From a virus, in the UHGV virus genome UHGV-0134920: DNA of 10,725 nucleotides; one strand, written 5' to 3'. Of this stretch, positions 7,214-10,725 are shown one piece after another. The position numbers and the translations under genes were made by a program. Position 1 is the first letter of the stretch; each line of letters opens with the position of its first letter. The notes under the pieces were generated by a model. That model was not told where the DNA came from. It was given only the letters and a program-made list of their open reading frames with translations, and did not search any database.

Positions 7214-7223
7214 GGGGGTGAGG

Positions 7224-7472
7224 ATGGTACATGACCGCATAGCGGAGGAACTCGAGGCAAAAGGCTTTTACCGGAGGGCGGCGGCACGATGGGGTGAAGT
7301 CATGCAACTGGTGGAGACAGACAAGGAACGGCATCAGGTTACGATGCGACGGCTGGAATGTTCCAGGAAGGCACAGAGGCCACCGGAGCCGCCAACGGAG
7401 AACTATGCAGACCTGAGAAATGCAGTAAATCGCACTTACGCAGACATGGGGCTGAGCAAATTAGCAGAGTAG
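7224..7472 (+). CDS. possible PerC-family-like transcriptional regulator (tentative)
   Basis: 82 aa from ATG 7224 (alternative GTG 7218). Motif EELEAKGFYRRAAARW resembles the conserved PerC/Pch segment as recalled. The N-terminal part of the 122-aa track ORF overlaps ssb out of frame and is rejected. Confidence 0.4.
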   Translation: MVHDRIAEELEAKGFYRRAAARWGEVMQLVETDKERHQVTMRRLECSRKAQRPPEPPTENYADLRNAVNRTYADMGLSKLAE

Positions 7473-7495
7473 GAATACCAGAACCACACCACACA

Positions 7496-7518
7496 GCCGG
7501 AGCAATCCGGCTTTTTTG
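7496..7518 (+). terminator. rho-independent terminator (first of two)
   Basis: GCCGG-agcaat-CCGGC hairpin followed by TTTTTTG. Confidence 0.5.
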
Positions 7519-7523
7519 CGCCC

Positions 7524-7566
7524 AAAAAAAGCCCGATAAGGTCAGAGGTGGCTTATCGGGCTTTTG
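7524..7566. terminator. bidirectional rho-independent terminator
   Basis: 10-bp stem GCCCGATAAG (7531-7540) / CTTATCGGGC (7552-7561), flanked by A7 upstream and TTTTG downstream. Confidence 0.6.
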
Positions 7567-7641
7567 CATATGAGGTTTTTTGGTGCACTGACACACATGA
7601 TCGGGATAATCATTTCATAATTTGCAACGCAACTCAATATC

Positions 7642-7696
7642 ATTGCACAAAATGCAATCATGATTATAATCATAACTGGATGAACATCCAGTTATG
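7642..7696 (+). promoter_or_regulatory. candidate sigma70-type promoter of the head operon overlapped by palindromic operator-like sites
   Basis: -35-like TTGCAC (7643-7648), 16-nt spacer, consensus -10 TATAAT (7665-7670). Palindromes ATTGCA-caaaa-TGCAAT (7642-7658), TGATTATAATCA (7661-7672) and perfect 12-bp arms CATAACTGGATG-aa-CATCCAGTTATG (7671-7696). Confidence 0.5.
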
Positions 7697-7726
7697 ATTT
7701 TTTAAGTCAAAGAGGAATTTCTTACT

Positions 7727-7933
7727 ATGGCTGAAGAGAAAAAAGGCGGTGTTTCGGTGTACATAAGCCCCGACATCGTGAAGGCGCTCAAGGAACGCCA
7801 CCAGCAGAACGTAAAAGCAGGCATTGCGGCAGGACTTGATCCGCTGGCGATGGTTGAGCCGTCAACAGGCTGGCAGGTACGCGCCTATTTACGCGCGGCG
7901 CTGGGTATGAATCAGGTTCACGGGGGTGAATAA
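7727..7933 (+). CDS. hypothetical protein (68 aa), first gene of the head operon
   Basis: AGAGGA RBS at 7711-7716; stop TAA overlaps the capsid gene ATG (7931-7935). Confidence 0.5.
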   Translation: MAEEKKGGVSVYISPDIVKALKERHQQNVKAGIAAGLDPLAMVEPSTGWQVRAYLRAALGMNQVHGGE

Positions 7934-8988
7934 TGACAGTAAAAGCAATAGCACTTAACACTAACCAGCTTTTTGCGTACCTGAATCGCGAGGATATTGC
8001 GGAATTTAAATTCAGTCCGCTGTTTACCGCGCTGTTTTTCCCGAACGTGGCGACATTCAACACACAGGACATCATGTTAGATAACCTGGATATTGAAGAA
8101 GTCACTATGTCGGCGTTTTGTTCGCCTATGGTGGGTAGCCAGGTTCAGCGCGATAAAGGGTACGAAACAAGCATTATTCGCCCTGGCTACATGAAGCCAA
8201 AACACGAAATCGATCCATTAAAAACAATAATGCGCATGGCTGGAGAAGATCCAGCACAGCTTAACGACCCTACCTACCGCCGTATGCGCCTGATTACTGG
8301 CAACATGCGCCGCCAGATAAACGCCATTAAAGCGCGCGAGGAATGGCTGGCGGTAAATGCGGTAACGACCGGAAAAAACATCATTGAGGGCGAAGGCATA
8401 GAGCGCTATGAAATCGACTGGAAGATACCGGAAAAAAACATCATAGAGCAGGCCGACGGTAAAAAATGGTCAGAGCAGGACAAAGACATACACGACCCAA
8501 TCTATGACATTGAGCTATACGCAGATCAGGCAGGTTGCCCCGCAAACGTCATGATTATGGGCGTTGATGTATGGCGCATGTTACGCAGCTTTAAAAAATT
8601 CCGTGAACTGTACGATCTCTCCCGTGGTTCAGAATCCGCCGCAGAGCTGGCATGTAAAAACCTGGGCGAAGTGGTGAGCTTTAAAGGCTATCTTGGTGAT
8701 CTGGCCCTTATCGTCTATTCCGGCAAATACACTGACAGCGACGGCACAGAAAAATATTTCCTTGAGCCTGATTTGCTGGTCCTGGGCAACACCAACAATA
8801 AAGGGCTGGTGGCCTATGGTGCGATTATGGAACAGGAAGCGGTAAGAACGGGCGCAACGCAAAACATGTTTTACCCGAAAAACTGGATTGAGGACGGCGA
8901 TCCGGCGATTGAGTACGTGCAGACGCACAGCGCACCGCAGCCGGTTCCGGCAGATATTCGCAAATTTGTTACCGTCAAAATTGGTTAA
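7933..8988 (+). CDS. major capsid protein, lambda gpE family
   Basis: 351 aa; colinear similarity to lambda gpE as recalled (FKFSPLF..LFF; RPGYMKPKHEIDP; EDPAQLNDPTYRRMRLITGNMR; KGYLGDLALIVYSGKY; VLGNT; YPKNW; SAPQPVPAD). Confidence 0.9.
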   Translation: MTVKAIALNTNQLFAYLNREDIAEFKFSPLFTALFFPNVATFNTQDIMLDNLDIEEVTMSAFCSPMVGSQVQRDKGYETSIIRPGYMKPKHEIDPLKTIMRMAGEDPAQLNDPTYRRMRLITGNMRRQINAIKAREEWLAVNAVTTGKNIIEGEGIERYEIDWKIPEKNIIEQADGKKWSEQDKDIHDPIYDIELYADQAGCPANVMIMGVDVWRMLRSFKKFRELYDLSRGSESAAELACKNLGEVVSFKGYLGDLALIVYSGKYTDSDGTEKYFLEPDLLVLGNTNNKGLVAYGAIMEQEAVRTGATQNMFYPKNWIEDGDPAIEYVQTHSAPQPVPADIRKFVTVKIG

Positions 8989-9000
8989 CGGGGGGATTCT

Positions 9001-9336
9001 ATGGACACTCCATACATTGAGTTATTTGCAGGCAGTCAGCAGGTATCCACGACGCTGGTACATTTTGCCGCTGATGCTGGCGTTATTCAGGAATTTACCC
9101 CGCTGATGCTGGCGGACAATGGCGAGTTTAAGCCGTGGGATGGTCAGGAATCTGGCAAGGCTGTTTATCTGACTTCGTACCCCGTGGACACGTCAAAGCA
9201 GAAATCAGCACAGTGTTACAAGACGGGGATATTTAATATCGCCGCCGTAAACTGGCCTGAGAGCGCCGACACTGACGCGAAAAAATGCGCCGCCTTTGCG
9301 GGTTCTGGCGTATCCGTTCAGCCGCTGGCGCGATAA
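9001..9336 (+). CDS. head decoration protein, lambda gpD family
   Basis: 111 aa; matches to lambda gpD as recalled (TPLMLAD, KPWDG, YKTGIFN, WPESADTDAKKCAAFAGSG). Confidence 0.85.
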   Translation: MDTPYIELFAGSQQVSTTLVHFAADAGVIQEFTPLMLADNGEFKPWDGQESGKAVYLTSYPVDTSKQKSAQCYKTGIFNIAAVNWPESADTDAKKCAAFAGSGVSVQPLAR

Positions 9337-9348
9337 GCAGGGGAAACG

Positions 9349-9762
9349 ATGGCAACGAATGAAAGCATCATGGCGCTACCGCTGGCGAGTAAATTTAAAG
9401 CAGAAGCGCGGGCAATGGCTGACAGAGGTTTATCAACCTACGAGGCCGTATATCAACTCAACAAACTGGAAGAACAGGACAAGCCGCGCGCTGATGCGAT
9501 TATGGCGCTTCATGAGCATAAAGACTATCAGCCGCTGTTACGTGCAATGGCAAACGTGCCATGTATTAGCGTCGATAATGCTCGTGAAATCCTGAACATG
9601 ACCATAGAGCAGGAGCGCCCAAAGGTTGCACCAGAGCTTACCGCAGCCTTTGAAAACTTTATGGACATGCACAGCCCGCAAGCCGTATCAGCTGGCATGG
9701 CGTACGATGGCAGAAACCAGGGCGATGACGGCGACATCGATCGCATACTGAAAACCATCTGA
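9349..9762 (+). CDS. hypothetical protein (137 aa), last gene of the head operon
   Basis: CAGGGGAAA RBS-like sequence upstream of ATG 9349; acidic; followed by a strong terminator; no recognisable family. Confidence 0.55.
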   Translation: MATNESIMALPLASKFKAEARAMADRGLSTYEAVYQLNKLEEQDKPRADAIMALHEHKDYQPLLRAMANVPCISVDNAREILNMTIEQERPKVAPELTAAFENFMDMHSPQAVSAGMAYDGRNQGDDGDIDRILKTI

Positions 9763-9768
9763 GACAAG

Positions 9769-9792
9769 GCCGGAGAAATCCGGCTTTTTTTT
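9769..9792 (+). terminator. rho-independent terminator
   Basis: GCCGGA-gaaa-TCCGGC hairpin followed by T8 (9785-9792). Confidence 0.8.
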
Positions 9793-9824
9793 ACGGGTCC
9801 TTTCCGGCATATGGACCCGTTACG

Positions 9825-9858
9825 GGGCGGCGACCTCGCGGTTTTTCGCTATTTATGA
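9825..9858. other. lambda-type cos site (cosN core plus conserved flank)
   Basis: GGGCGGCGACCT at 9825-9836 equals the lambda 12-nt cohesive end as recalled. The next 22 nt CGCGGTTTTTCGCTATTTATGA (9837-9858) differ from the recalled lambda left-end CGCGGGTTTTCGCTATTTATGA at one position. Lies ~135 bp upstream of a Nu1-like gene, as in lambda. Confidence 0.7.
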
Positions 9859-9930
9859 GCCTTTTCAGGGGGGTGGTGGTGGTTTTGTTGTTTGCTCTAT
9901 CTTTATGAATGAAAAGGGAAAGATGCAAAC

Positions 9931-9968
9931 AATACACCAACCTGAAGCAGTAATTAAGTTGGTGTATT
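9931..9968. promoter_or_regulatory. 11-bp perfect inverted repeat abutting the terS start (candidate cosB/TerS-binding or translational control element)
   Basis: AATACACCAAC (9931-9941) and GTTGGTGTATT (9958-9968) separated by 16 nt; ends 1 nt before the ATG at 9970. Confidence 0.4.
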
Positions 9969-9969
9969 A

Positions 9970-10512
9970 ATGAAATCGCACCTGATGAACAAAAAAAACA
10001 TGGCGAAAAGCTGCCGTGTAAGTGCGACAGCGTTCGACAAGTGGGGAGTGACTCCCGTTGAACGTAAAGGCCGTGAGGCGTTTTACGATGTTGCCAGCGT
10101 GATAGACAATAGGGTTAACAATGCAATTAGCCAGCTTACAAACGACAAAGGCGATATTGATGATGATGAACTCTTACGAGTCAGGATCAGATTACTGACA
10201 GCACAGGCGGAGGCGCAGGAACTTAAAAACGAGCGCGATCGCGGTGACGTGATCGATACTGAGTTTTGCCTGTACGCGCTTTCAAAGCTGGCGAGTCAGA
10301 TTTCATCAATCATGGACAGCCTCCCGCTTACTATGCAAAGGAGCTTCCCACAGATTACCCCCGCCATGCTGGATAGGCTTAAAAGGGAAGTGGTTAAAGC
10401 CTGTAATGCCAGTGCCAGAGTTGCCGACAACCTCCCACAGATACTGGCTGATTACTTGAAAGAAACAACCGGAAACGTACCGGAAAAGTTGCAGCCGAAT
10501 AAAGATAAGTAA
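9970..10512 (+). CDS. terS: terminase small subunit, lambda Nu1-like with divergent N-terminal DNA-binding domain
   Basis: 180 aa (alternative start ATG 9985, MNKKN..., aligns better with the Nu1 N-terminus MEVNKKQ). C-terminal two thirds are similar to lambda Nu1 as recalled (RLLTAQAEAQELKNERDRGDVIDTEFCLYALSKLASQISSIMDSLPLTMQRSFPQ versus RLTRAQADAQELKNARDSAEVVETAFCTFVLSRIAGEIASILDGLPLSVQRRFPE). N-terminal ~55 aa are much less conserved. Confidence 0.8.
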   Translation: MKSHLMNKKNMAKSCRVSATAFDKWGVTPVERKGREAFYDVASVIDNRVNNAISQLTNDKGDIDDDELLRVRIRLLTAQAEAQELKNERDRGDVIDTEFCLYALSKLASQISSIMDSLPLTMQRSFPQITPAMLDRLKREVVKACNASARVADNLPQILADYLKETTGNVPEKLQPNKDK

Positions 10513-10523
10513 CGTAGTACGCT

Positions 10524-10725
10524 ATGACTGAATCCGAAATACTGCGATTAATCCGCCGCGTCTCTGGAATCAGCCAGCAGGCTGACGAACAGACCACGCA
10601 GCCGGACAGCGTGACAGCCGAAAACTATGCGCGTGTTGTTGCTGAGGTGATGCGCCGTGATGGTATAGAACTTAATGGCGTGGATATGCGCAACATACGA
10701 ACCAGAGTTCTTGAGTTGCTGGCCT
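10524..10725 (+). CDS. hypothetical protein, 5' partial (runs off the window)
   Basis: ATG at 10524, 12 nt after the terS stop; open to the window end (MTESEILRLIRRVSGISQQADEQ...). No resemblance to the lambda gpA N-terminus as recalled. Confidence 0.45.
   Translation, partial: MTESEILRLIRRVSGISQQADEQTTQPDSVTAENYARVVAEVMRRDGIELNGVDMRNIRTRVLELLA

Noticed and set aside
7104-7223. N-terminal extension of the 122-aa ORF overlapping the 3' end of ssb
   Set aside because: It overlaps ssb out of frame; the conserved-looking part begins at ATG 7224 just after the ssb stop.
7671-7696. LexA (SOS) box at the head-promoter palindrome
   Set aside because: The dyad arms are CTGG/CCAG with 8-nt spacing, not the CTGT-N8-ACAG LexA consensus.
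8629-8928. 99-aa minus-strand ORF inside the major capsid gene
   Set aside because: Antisense to a gene with strong gpE-family similarity.

Overview
This window looks like the integrase-proximal ~10.7 kb of an integrated phage-satellite-like element (P4/PICI type), nearly all on the + strand. In order: a P4-type tyrosine integrase, an AlpA-family regulator, a divergently transcribed small regulator facing a palindromic operator region, Icd/Ash-like genes, a visibly AT-rich block of small unknown ORFs, an SF3-helicase-type replication initiator followed by an iteron array (candidate ori), an SSB and a possible PerC-like regulator. After strong terminators comes a separately promoted head module encoding a lambda gpE-like major capsid protein and a gpD-like decoration protein, then a lambda-type cos site and a Nu1-like small terminase whose N-terminal DNA-binding domain is divergent. 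The most interesting reading is a satellite that supplies its own capsid proteins and its own cos/TerS specificity while relying on a lambdoid helper for the rest. All protein calls rest on remembered family signatures and lambda sequences; no database search or computation was possible, so novelty cannot be established here.
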